DNA of 64,000 bases, taken from assembly GCF_009914755.1 (NCBI RefSeq), contig NC_060928.1; one strand, written 5' to 3'. Each line of letters begins with the position of its first letter. The first letter of the stretch is position 1. The notes beneath the pieces were generated by a model. It did no database searches, was not told the origin of the DNA, and saw nothing but the letters and a program-made list of their open reading frames with translations. A program made the position numbers and the translations under genes. Source of the stretch: the human T2T-CHM13v2.0 reference genome, Homo sapiens. Shown one piece after another: positions 44,479-56,035 of this stretch.

Positions 44479-45544
44479 TTCTAGGGCATCCACAAGTGGC
44501 AGAGCTCCTCCCAGTGACACCTTCCTGACTCTTAGGACCACTGCAACATAGTATGTTAGCCACTTGCTGAGGAGAGTCCTGTCATACTGACAGCTAATTG
44601 ATTACAGTTATTTCACTCTCTTCTGTATTTCCAAATACTAACTAGAAATTACTTATACAAATTTCTGCCAATATTTGTTTCTATCCTCCTATTTTAAGAA
44701 CACTATAGATAAGTGCATTGATTGTCACGTCTCAGAATTTTGATAAATACCAAGGTTAGATGTTGTTTTTTTTTCAGCTATGACTACAATCCCCTACATT
44801 ATATGTTCCATGATTGCTTCATACATTATAAAGTTAGCAAACCTTTTAAAGAAGAGTTATGATGAGAAATTGCCTCAAGAAAGTTGGAGATGGTGATCTT
44901 TCCTATCAGACTGCAATGTAATATTACATTTTATGTTACACAAGGAATTACATTCCAGGTCTCACTCACCTTAGATAAATATTATCTTTCAGGATAATTA
45001 TGGTTAAAAATATCTTAGTACTTCAGAGACCATAAAAAGTAATACTAGAAACTGTTTCTTCAGGATGCAGTTTTTAAAATTTTACATTAAAAAGTTTAGG
45101 GTCCCATGTGCCACTGATTAAAGTAACTGGAAATTCTAATATAATTCTAATACAATAAACATGTGGTTGCAGAAGTGAAACGTTTAAAGCATAAAGACAT
45201 ATAGCACTATTGATTTTTTTAATTAGAACTAAAAACATATGAGGATACAAAATACATTTTAAAAAGCACTTCAGGCTTAAAAAGGATAGTGTTCTTCTAG
45301 TCTAAAGAATGCATATCTACAATGACTTTATTTTAGCAAATTAAAATTTTGATAAGACTAACTAAGTTGTAAAGAGTTCTTCTAAGTAGAGTATGTTATA
45401 TTTATCTCTCTTCCAATGAAATCAAAGACCAAGTTTCCTATGCCCTTGTTTCCACTCCTCTTTTAACAAGGCAGGCTTCTCTGTTTTGAGTTTTCCCAGT
45501 CACCTTTTGTCTTCTGAATTGATAAAACAATTTCACATCAAGAT

Positions 45545-46245
45545 GACTTACAACTTCATATCCATTAGGATGTGAAGCACCAGAAAATATAAGAAAATGG
45601 GAGAAACTAGAACCCTTGTGCATTGCTGGTGGGAAGGTAAAATGGTACAGCCACTGTGGAAAATGATATGGTTATTCCTCAAAAAATTAAACAGAGAAAT
45701 ACATTATATTCTAGCATTACACTTCTGGGTACACACCCAGAAGAAGTAAAAGTAGAACTCAAACAATATCTGTACACCCATGTTCGTGGCAACATTATTC
45801 AAAATATCCAAAAGGTGGAAGCAACCCAAGTGTCCATTGATGGGAGAATGGATAAACAAAATGTAGTATATACATACAATGGAATATTATTCAGCCTAAG
45901 AAAGAAATTCTGACACATGATGCAATGTGTATGAACCTTGAAAACATGCTGAGATAAGCCAGCCACAAAAGAACAAATATTCTACGATTCTGTTTATGAG
46001 ACACCTAGAGTAGTCAAATTAACGAAAACAGAAAGTAGAATGGTGGTTTCCAGGGAATCAAGGGAGAGACGTAGAGACAATTAGTGTTTACTATGTAGAG
46101 TTTCAGTTTGGGAAGATAAAAAAGCTCTGGAGATGGATAGTAATGATGGTTACACACAATGTGATTGTGATAAATGCCAAAGAACTATAAACTTAAAAAT
46201 GGTTAAAATGGTAAAATATATGTTATGTATATTTTACAAAATATA
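45545..46245 (+). mobile_element. L1MB-type 3' fragment
   Basis: gaacccttgtgcattgctggtggg...gagtttcagtttgggaagataaaaaagctctggagatggat...aaaatggttaaaatggtaaa. Confidence 0.88.
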
Positions 46246-46317
46246 AATTTATAAACAATAATTTTAAATTATTTTCATTATTTAAAATGAAAAAAGTCTA
46301 CTTAGAACTTGGTGTTT

Positions 46318-46928
46318 ACATGGACACAGGGAGGGGAACAACACACACAGGGCATGTTGGGCGGCAGCGGGGTGTGGGGAGGGGAGGGAGAGCATAAGGA
46401 CAAATAGCTAATGCATTTGGGGCTTAAAACCTATGTTCCAGGTTGATAGGTGCAGCAAACCACCATGGCATACATATACCTATGTAACAAACCCAAACCT
46501 AGGTGCCAAGTTAATAGGTGCAGCAAACCACCATGGCACATGTATACCTATGTAACAAACCTACATGTTCTGCACATATATCCTGGAACTTTTTTTTTTT
46601 TTTTTGAGATGGGGTTTCACTCTTGTTGCCCAGGCTGGAGTACAATGGTGCAATCTCAGCACCACAATCTCTACCTCCTGGGTTCAAGGTATTCTCCTGC
46701 CTCAGCCTCCCGAGTAGCTGGGATTACAGGCATGTGCCACCACTCCTGGCTAATTTTGTATTTTTAGTAGAGACAGGGTTTCTCCATGTTGCTCAGGGTG
46801 GTCTTGAACTTTCAACCTCAGGTGATCCACCTGCCTCAGCCTCCCATAGTGCTGGAATTACTGGCATGAGCCACTGCACCCAGCCAATATCCTGGAACTT
46901 AAAGTAAACTAAAAAAACAAACAAAAAA
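46318..46928 (+). mobile_element. Short L1PA8-like 3' end with 14-bp TSD, internal duplication and nested Alu
   Basis: acatggacacagggaggggaacaacacacac...gcagcaaaccaccatggcac. TSD agaacttggtgttt at 46304-46317 and 46929-46942. Confidence 0.92.
46592..46885 (-). mobile_element. AluSp/Sq-like, full length, 14-bp TSD
   Basis: tttcactcttgttgcccaggctggagtacaatgg diagnostics. TSD atatcctggaactt at 46578-46591 and 46887-46900. Confidence 0.95.
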
Positions 46929-47234
46929 AGAACTTGGTGTTTGATTCCTGTTATAGGTGTTGGTATTTTAAAAAATAAACGAAAGGGGAATCCTTACTAA
47001 AACATCCATTTAGACTTCCAGTGGTGAAAATTGAAAATGAACTGAGCAGCAAAAAACAAATTTGAGTGTTTGAATATCATTCTCTCATATTTATTCAGAC
47101 ACACCCCCAACCATGTAGTTGGTACACAAGGGTAAGATATAAACCTTTATTACCTCTAACTGGACAGGCAAAAAAGGTCACTTTATTGACCACCTGGTGT
47201 CCACTCCAGTACACCCCAAACTTTCAGTTTATAA

Positions 47235-49125
47235 ACACCTAAAGTCTCCATCAAAAAAACTATTAGAACAGATAAATGAACTCAGTAAAGTTTCAGGATA
47301 CAAAATCAATGTACAAAAATTAGCAGCATTTCAATATACCAATAATGATCAAGTTGGAAACCAAATCAATAACTCAATCCCATTTATAATAGCTACAGAA
47401 AAAAAAACACTGAGGAATACATTTAAGCTAGGGAGTGAAATATCTCAACAAGGACAACTAAAAAATTCTGATGAAAGAAATCATAGATGGCACAAACAAA
47501 TGGAAAAGCATCCCAGTCTCATGAATTGGAAGGATAAAAATAATTTAAATGATCATACTGCCCAAGGCAATGTCTAGATTTAATACAATTCCTATCAAAT
47601 TACCAATGTCATTCTTCACAGGATTAGAACAAATAATCCTAAAATTTATATGGAAGCAAAAAAGAGCCTGAATAGCCAAAGTAATCCTAAGCAAAAATGA
47701 TAAAGCTAGAGGTATCACATTACCTGACTTCAAATTATACAAGACTATAATAATCAAAACAGCGTGACATTGGTTCAAAAATAGATACATACATCAATGG
47801 AAGAATAAATAACCCAGAAATAAAGTCACATTATTACAACCAAGTGATCTTTGACAAAGGCAATTAAAAAATACATTGGGAAAAGGACACCCTATTCAAG
47901 AAATGGTGCTGGTAAAATTGGAAAGCCATATGCAGAAGAATAAAACTGGACCCCTATCTCTCACTATGCACAAAAGTTAACTCAAGATGGATTAAAGACT
48001 TAAATGTAAGACCTGAAGCCATAAAAATCCTAGAAGAAAACCTAGGAAAAAGTCTTCTGGACATTGGCCTAGGCAAAGAATTTACAGATAAGCCCTCAAA
48101 AGGAAATGCAATGAAAACAAAAATGGACAAATGAGACCTCATTAAACTGAAAAGCTCCTGTACAAGATAATAATTAAAAGAATAAACAGACAACCTACAG
48201 AATGGGAGAAAATCCTTACAAACATGCATCTGGCAAAAGGTTAATATCCAGAATCTATTAGAAATGCAAACAAGAAAAAAAAATCCCATTAAAAAGTGGG
48301 CAAAGGACATAAGTGGACATTTTTCAAAAGAAGACACAAAAGCAGCCAACAAACATATGAAAAAATGCTCCACATCACTAATCGCCAAAGAAATGCAAAT
48401 TAAAACCACAATGAAACACCATCTTACACATCACAGTGGCTATTGAAATGTCAAAAAACAGTAAATGTTGGTGAGGATGCAGAGAAAAGGGAACACTTAT
48501 ACAGTTAGTGGAAATATAAGTTAGTACACCCTCTATGGGAAACAGTCTGGAGATTTCTCAGAACTAAAAATAGAACTAACTTCAGTTCAGCAATTCAACT
48601 ACTGGGTATTTACCCAAACAAATAGAAATCATTGTATACACACATTCATTATGTTTATGGCAGCACTGTTTACAATAACAAAGTCAGAATAAACGTAAAT
48701 GTCCATCAATAGATGACTGGATTAAAAATGTGGGATGGATATATATATATATATATATATATACACCATGGAATACTACTCAGTCATATAAAAGAATGAA
48801 ATCATGTATTTTGCAGCAATGTGGATGGAATTGGAGGCCATTATCCTAAGCGAAATGACTCCGAAGCAGAAAGTCAAAAACCACATGTTCTCATTCGTAA
48901 GTGGGAGCTAAACTATGGGTAGCGATGGTCATCCAATAGACACTGGAGATGCTAATAGGTGGGAGGATGGGAAAGGGGTGAGGGATGAAATGCTATCTAT
49001 TGTGTACAATGTACATTATTCAGGTGGCAGCTACACTGGAAGCCCAGACTTCAGCACAATGTAACTATCCATGTAAAACAACTGCACTATCCCTAAATCT
49101 ATAAAAACAAACATAATAAAAACAT
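47235..49125 (+). mobile_element. 5'-truncated L1PB-like element (ORF2 3' part and 3' UTR) with internal (AT)n at ~48740-48763
   Basis: ORF 47197-47577 contains [23 protein letters not shown]1PB4-like 3' UTR (agcccagacttcagcac...atccatgtaaaacaactgcact). Confidence 0.9.
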
Positions 49126-49328
49126 TAGAAATAAAAAAATTAGCTTTAGTAAATTTGACTCACAAGGAATTTAGCAACATATGCTAAATATGATATATTA
49201 ATAACTTAAAAGTTTTGGTTTACAGAAAAAAATAAAAATCCAACATGTGTTATTTAAAATGACAGATTAAGAACTATTCAACAGGTAGATAAAAGAATTT
49301 GGTAAAATATATTTCAGTTGTCTAATGA

Positions 49329-49997
49329 TGTTATGGACTAAATTGTGTCCCTTTGAAATTCATATGTAGAAGTTCAAACCTCCACTGTAACTTGATTTGG
49401 AAATAAGACCTTTAAGGAGGTAATTAAGATTAAATGAGGTCATAAGGGTAGGGTCCTAATCCAATATGACACCAGGGATGCATTAGTACAGAAGAAAGAC
49501 AACATGGCCGGGCATGGTGGCTGACACCTGTAATCCCAGCACTTTGGGAGAGTAAGGTGGGCAGATCACCTAAGGTCAGGAATTTGAGACCAGCCTAACC
49601 AATATGGTGAAACCCCGTCTCTACTAAAAATACAAAAATTATCCAGGCATGGTGGCAAGCATCGGTAATCCCAGCTACTCAGAAGGCTGAGGCACAAGAA
49701 TCACTTAAACCCGGCAGGTGGAGGTTGCGGTGAGCTGAGATCACACCATTACACTCTAGCCTGAGCAACAGAGAGAGACTCCGTCTCAAAAACAAAAAAA
49801 AAAGAAAAGAAGAAGAAGAAAGACAATGTGAGGACACAATGAGAAGGTAGCAGTCTGCAAGCCAAGGAAAAGGGTCTCAGGAGAAACCAACGCTGCCAGC
49901 AACTTTATCTTGGACTTCCAGCCTCCAGAACAGTAAGAAAATAAATTTTTGTTGTTTAATCCATCCAGTCTGTGGTATTTTGTAATAACAGCAAATG
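49329..49997 (+). mobile_element. MLT1A/B LTR split by an Alu
   Basis: tgttatggactaaattgtgtcc...gtcctaatccaatatgac, then the Alu, then gtgaggacac...caagccaagg...ttggacttccagcctccagaac. Confidence 0.9.
49506..49813 (+). mobile_element. Full-length AluS (Sx-like) with 16-bp TSD
   Basis: ggccgggcatggtgg...actccgtctc plus A-rich tail. TSD agaagaaagacaacat (49490-49505) versus agaagaaagacaatgt (49814-49829). Confidence 0.95.
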
Positions 49998-50759
49998 GCA
50001 AGTCCAGGAAAAAAAAATCAGTGATATGAAAAGAGAGAAAAAGATAAAGAAGATAAAGGACAGGACAGACATATTCACACACACAACAGAACATGTGGGA
50101 GATGTAAGAAACCCAGACATATTTACAGACACTGCGAAACACAATGTTGTAAAATAGCATTACGTGGCCTTTTAAGAAATTGTTGCTAAAGATGTCTGAA
50201 TAACATGAGTTTCTTCTACTATTCACATGTATATATTAGGACTTGCTTTGAGAAATAAATGAATTTAAAGTACCAATTCTACTTTCAGATCACAAGTTCT
50301 CATGTCCTGGATTAGAGTCTTCATTCAGAAAACCATCAACATGTGGTCATAAAATTGCCCTTGGATTTTTTAATCCTTCCATTATCATGCCTTTAACAGA
50401 TGTCTACATTCTACATTCTCCCCTTGCCTTCATTATGTTTTCTTGACAGTCTATGTACCATTACAAAAATAGTGGAGGTGCTAACACATTTGGAGCAAAC
50501 CATGTGATGATCGCTTTAACCAATGCTCTTCAAATAAAAAATGACATGCATATTGTGGGATCGGGTGATCAGCAAGATTTACACAAGACACAAGAACAAA
50601 ACTAAAGCAATGCTTCAGAAAAAATGAATTTCAGTGGAGAACTATCTTAGGACTGAAACAGGTCCATAGTAAAATCTCAAGTGCTTTCATCAAAATTAAT
50701 GCAATAATTTACTGGAAAAATGGCAATTCAAATCTACATCCAGTTTTATAAATACTTAC

Positions 50760-50875
50760 AGAATAATAATCCCGAAATATTGATGATGATTGAGAGAAAC
50801 TAACTCGACGGGAGTCACAAGCCAAACGGAAAGACCTTGTCAGCACAAATCCTCTCCAGTCATAGAATGCTTTGT
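50760..50875 (-). CDS. IQCM: IQCM internal coding exon (116 nt): (D)KAFYDWRGFVLTRSFRLACDSRRVSFSQSSSIFRDYYS
   Basis: Minus strand reads gatatttctaacag|ACAAAGC...TATTATTCT|gtaagt. Phase 1 start, phase 0 end. Contained in ORF 50709..50891 and locally CpG-retaining. The peptide matches my recollection of human IQCM. Confidence 0.92.
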
Positions 50876-51970
50876 CTGTTAGAAATATCAATGCAGGTTA
50901 AAACAATATCTATCCAGGAAAAGTACACACTGATTATATTGCTTAATGTTGCAAAGAGTAAAGCAAATCATCTTTATGGCCTCACTATTCTGTATTAAAA
51001 TCACATCTTGTCATCTAATCGTAGAGAAATGAAGACATGATAGGATTGCATAGAGAGAGGCTTCAATTAATTGGCTCCTTCATATGGTAAGGTTCTCGTG
51101 TTTTTATTGCACAGTGTGCCCATCAGAAAACTATAGGTTCATTCTCTTTACTATCTCCTCATGAAGAACATCAACTTCTTTTTTTTTAAAGGAGGCTTAA
51201 AGGAAAATCATGTTTGCGAATAGCACTTATAAAAATAAAAGGAAAACCTCTCTGTGTTACATACTTTAAAAGAAAATTCAGTATTTTATAAGGCACAAGT
51301 TTTGATATTGCAAAGTAAATTAAATTATTAAAAGTCTTTAAGGTAAATAGGTCGAAAGCACAAAAGGTTAGCCAGCATCACCACATATTTGTTCTGTCTC
51401 ATGGCAGTTGGTACATAAGATTTCTACAGAAACCATTTTTCTTTAATCATAGGAAAGAGATTTAAGATTTATTTGTCCATTTTTTTCCTCAGAGATATTA
51501 ATCATTTAAAAAGAAGGAAATTCAGTTCAATCCTGCCATCGAAATGAATCAAACTATTTTCATATTTCCAATTTTCCTTCATATATGTATATATATGTAT
51601 ATATGTGTATCTATGTAGTCTTTCCTGAAACTTTCAATTTAATAAAGTCATCCATGGACTGCTTAGTTTTACATAAATTTATAGAAAACTCAAGAAGTAA
51701 TAAATTCTCTCACTTCATTGCTTCAATTTATTTACAGGATCATAATTTGAGTGGTCTATGGGGAGGCAATGAAGTAACATAAAATAATAAAAAGGTAATG
51801 TTATCTCAGAGACATTCTAATCAGTACATAAACATTCTGCCTCATTTTAACTTTATATATATTTCTTCCATTTCAGTCAAGAGTCTCTGCACTCTTTCAA
51901 AAAGGCAAAATCTCTAGAAGAGGCAACACAATCATATATTTCAATCACAATCCAATGTGAATCAGTGGAA

Positions 51971-52200
51971 TTCTTTTTTATTTTTTTTTTGGAGACGTAG
52001 TCTCACTCTTTCCCCCAGGCTGGAGTGCAGTGGTGCGATCTCGGCTCACTGCAAGCTCTGCCTCCCAGGTTCACGCCGTTCTCCTGCCTCAGCCTCCTGA
52101 GTAGCTGGGACTACAGGCACCAGCCTCCACGCCCGGCTAATTTTTTGTATTTTTTAGTAGAGACGGGGTTTCACAGTGTTAGCCAGGATGGTCTCGAACT
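51971..52200 (-). mobile_element. 5'-truncated AluY
   Basis: AluY diagnostics gcaagctctgcctcccaggttcacgcc, gggactacagg and gtgttagccaggatggtctcga. About 70-80 nt of the left arm is missing. Confidence 0.92.
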
Positions 52201-52639
52201 TAAAATTATTCAACGGAAGCAAAGGCCAATAACGAGTAGCTTGTAGAGAATCTGAGCATTTTAGTACCTAAGAAGAAGATAGCAAGGGAAAGGCCATGCC
52301 CTTTATATTTTCATTTGGCAGCTTTGTAAGACCAAGGGAGTATAAAAGAGTAACACAAGAGTTATTAAGATGTATACACCCTTACGTTTCTTATGAAGCC
52401 CTCTTAACGAATTCAAAGAATTCCCCAGCTCATGGGCATTATTCCTGACCTACCCACTCCCCTTAATGCACCATTACGTACAATAAGCAATATCTCATAT
52501 TTTAGATAATCATGCTTCTCTTTCCAATCTCATTTTGAATTTATAAACTGTTCCAAGGCAAGGACTATAACTTACCTGGAATTGCTCTGTGTTTCTGATT
52601 CATTAGCAATGCGAATAAGGTAGCTATGTAAATACTGGT

Positions 52640-52825
52640 GAATAAGAAGGAGTATATTGAACATTCCCAACACAAAGAAATGACAAATGTCTGAGATGAT
52701 AAATATATTAACTACCCTGATCTGATCACTATACATTATATGTATAAAAACATCACTCTGTACTCCCATGAATGTGTACACTTATTTGTTAATTTAAAAA
52801 ATAAAATTAAATAAATAAATAAAAT
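52640..52825 (+). mobile_element. L1MA-type extreme 3' end
   Basis: cccaacacaaagaaatgacaaatgtctgagatgat...accctgatctgatcactatacattat, then an A-rich tail. Confidence 0.85.
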
Positions 52826-53347
52826 TCCTCTCTGATTAAAAAATGAATTGTCTGAAAAGGTTAAATCTTACAGGCAAAGAGATTATCTTCTTGATCATTG
52901 AAGAGTCCAACCCAATATATGAAACTAAAACCTATACAACTTATTTTTCCAATAGAGTCCAGAGCATTTTCAAATGTTTTATCTTGCTTACTCATAAAAC
53001 AGACTCACAGAGTTGAAAACACCATGCATTATTTTCTCCCAGTATATAGGTATCATACTAGAAAATATAGCTATAACTTTTCCGCTTCAGGAAGCAGTAA
53101 AGCCTCCACTAAAATCCTCAAGGTAATCATTCACATACTGATGTATGCTAATGACTCCTCCTTAGAAGCCAGGCACAGAAGGTGACATGCAACAAATTCC
53201 AGTTTATTCCACAAAGTCAGTCGAAAGTTATAAGCTAATAGTTTGATGAAGACCAAAGTCATTAATCAGACTAAATCTTCACAAACCCTTCCTGGAGTCA
53301 ACAATCTTCACAGATAATGACACATAGAAATAAAGGTTCTGAATCCC

Positions 53348-53349
<2 letters not shown>

Positions 53350-53383
<34 letters not shown>
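53350..53383. repeat. (GT)17 microsatellite
   Basis: Visible directly in the sequence. Confidence 0.95.
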
Positions 53384-53385
<2 letters not shown>

Positions 53386-53777
53386 ACATGTGCACAAGAG
53401 TAGGCTGTATATTGATAGATGGAAAAGAAGTCTTGTCAGTAATCCCAGTTATCAGTCAGCAGGACAGAATAAAATATTGTAAGAGTAAACGAATCTGAGG
53501 AAAACGCAATATCAAGATTTGGAAAGAAACCAAAATGGTCACATCAGTTTAACAAGGAGTTAAAAAGTAGCTAGTGTTGAACATAAAAAAATTTGTTAAA
53601 TAACTACTCATACTGATATCTGACTTTGTGTTTCTTCAATATTTTAGACTATCATCAAAAAAATATTAATTCATGTTAGTGTGCTGCCTTTCTGCATATC
53701 TAATTTGCATATTGAGACTTAAAAGTCTTTCACTTGCTTTGTATGCGCCATAAAACTGAATATAATGATGTGCCCCA

Positions 53778-53778
<1 letters not shown>

Positions 53779-53808
<30 letters not shown>

Positions 53809-53818
53809 ATGCATGTGC
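53779..53818. repeat. (GT)11(GC)4 plus ATGCATGTGC alternating purine-pyrimidine tract
   Basis: 40 bp of uninterrupted RY alternation. Confidence 0.93.
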
Positions 53819-54979
53819 TCCTGGATTAGAACCCGATTTGGCATTGACTACAAGGCTAACCAACAAAACCATAAGAGTGAAAGGTCCCATAGAATCCAAC
53901 TGAAATAAATACATAAAGAAACAGAAAATCCTAAGAAATGGGCTTTTAAAATTCTGACTTTTAGATATTTTTCACCAGACCATCTCCCCTCACTTTCTAG
54001 CATCATCTTGACGTTTATAATGGTAATCATTTTTCAATTTTATTTTCTGTTTTTATTCAAATTTATGTAGTTGACAATTAGCCCATTATTTACACAGGTG
54101 GGAGACATTTCCAAAACCTAATAAGTAGTTGTTATTTTATAAGCTTAAATTATACAAATGACTCACAGAAAACTGAAAAGATCGTATACGACAGGTGATA
54201 ATGTCAGGGAATGAGAAACAAGGGAAAGAAAAGGGAAGGAAAGAAAAGTTCTTAGGTAGTTAAAACAATCCCCACATCTATAATTTTTGTAGTGACAAAT
54301 ATTATCTTAGTATCGCAAATGAATAGATTGGTTCAATTCACCTGGATATCAGCAAAAGACCCAAAGGCAATAGTAGTTCAACGTTTAAAAATATACTGTT
54401 TTGGTCAACTTAGAAACCAAATGCTCTTAAGAAATAGTCTGTATATCTGCCTTCCAGAGTAGAAGCAAGTTCAAATGAAAATGTATCTTTATTAGGATAT
54501 GATAAAACCAAAGACATTACTGAGTTTAGTGGTCCCGTGTCCCTAGAGCCTCTTTTATGCCAAGCTCGTTCTGTTTCCCTTTTATCAATTCTCTCGTATC
54601 AATTAATTCTTTGAGTTAATTGCACATGCAGTTTTAATCTGTAGGTAATTACAAACAATTAATAGTTAGGAGACAGAATTAGCAGTTCCTAGTTTGATTA
54701 TCTATATAATTAAAAGGGGTGGCAAACTAGAGTTGACAAATAGCATCTTAATCATTTGAATAATCAAACCCCAGAAGCTTGCTTGGGTGGCTGAATTCCA
54801 TCTGTTACATTAGTTTAAATTTTAGAATTAATGACTGAAATGTCCATTTAAATCAATTCATATGTGTTGAATTTATAGTACAAAATGAACAAGGCCTTTA
54901 CTCTAAAATTACTTAAACCACCTTCTTTTGTTTGTTTATAATAAGTTGTTTCCAAAAGGATTCAATGAAAACAAAGATT

Positions 54980-55498
54980 TGTAGAGGAGAAAAAGTAATA
55001 TATTTCCCTCACCCATTGGAAGTGTTCATGGAGGAGACATCCCTATAACAAAGACTGATTAACAAGAGAAAAGTATAACAAGCTTGTTTATCAAAGTTTT
55101 GTGTAACATAGGAGGCTTCAGAAATGAAGACACAAAGACTCAGGGAGAACTGCATTTTTTATGTAGAAGTATGATTGGACAAAATGTGGTATGACCTTAG
55201 TAAACTAGGGGAAACTCAGCAAGGCTTATTTCTTCGGATTTTTCTTGGCTTCCAGATATGGGGCAGGACATTTGTCACAAGAGAGTCTTCAGGAGGGAAG
55301 GGAGGAAGTCGAGAGTGAAGTTCCCGGGTTTTATTGCTAGCTTTGGAGGAGAGGAATTCTAGTTTCTATGTCCAGCTTCTAGGGAGAAAAATCCAGAGAG
55401 GGCTTCCTGCTTCTACTGTCCTCTCAATTCTTGCAGCTTAAAATACTCAGCATACCAAGGCACCACATTTTTGGGGTATCGTGTTCTGAGTCCTGACA
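54980..55498 (-). mobile_element. ERV1-class solo LTR (MER31/MER34/MER67 group) with 4-bp TSD
   Basis: TG...CA termini. TSD gatt at 54976-54979 and 55499-55502. The minus strand begins tgtcaggactcagaacacgataccccaaaa, typical of this group. Confidence 0.85.
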
Positions 55499-55631
55499 GA
55501 TTCGATAGACTAAATTATGTACATCTAGTGAATGCCAGTTAATACTCATGGATACCATTTCTATGTTATAAAATATCTAAGAAATATGGATAATTCTTTT
55601 CATACTATGTTCTGTTTAATACTTTTTGTGC

Positions 55632-56035
55632 TGTGATGGTTAATAATGAGTGTCAACTTGACTGGATTGAAGGATACAAAGTATTGATGCTGGGTGTGTC
55701 TGTGAGGGTGTTGCCAAAAGAGATTAGCATTTGAGTCAGTGGGGTGGGAAAGGCAGACCCACCCTTAGCCTGGGTGGGCACAGTCTAATCAACTGCCAGC
55801 ATAGCTAGAATATAAGCAGGCAGAAAAATATGAAAAGAGACACTGGCCTAGCCTCCCAGCCTACATCTTTCTCCCATGCTGGATGCTTCCTGCCCTCGAA
55901 CATCAGACTCCAAATTCTTCAGTTTTGGAGCTCGCATTGGCTCTCCTTGCTCCTCAGCCTGCAGACAGCCTATTGTGGGACCTTTGTGGGATCTTGTGAT
56001 TGTGTTAGTTATACTTAATAAACATATATATATAT
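55632..56035 (+). mobile_element. MLT2A2-like (HERV-L) LTR, 3' end lost after the (TA)n tract
   Basis: tgtgatggttaataatgagtgtcaacttgactggattgaaggatacaaagtattgat...ctggcctagcctcccagcctacatctttctccc...ttaataaac(at)n. Confidence 0.92.

Noticed and set aside
49786-50226. 146-aa minus-strand ORF near the exon
   Set aside because: Runs through low-complexity sequence, an MLT1 LTR and an Alu tail. It is not part of the IQCM peptide as I recall it.
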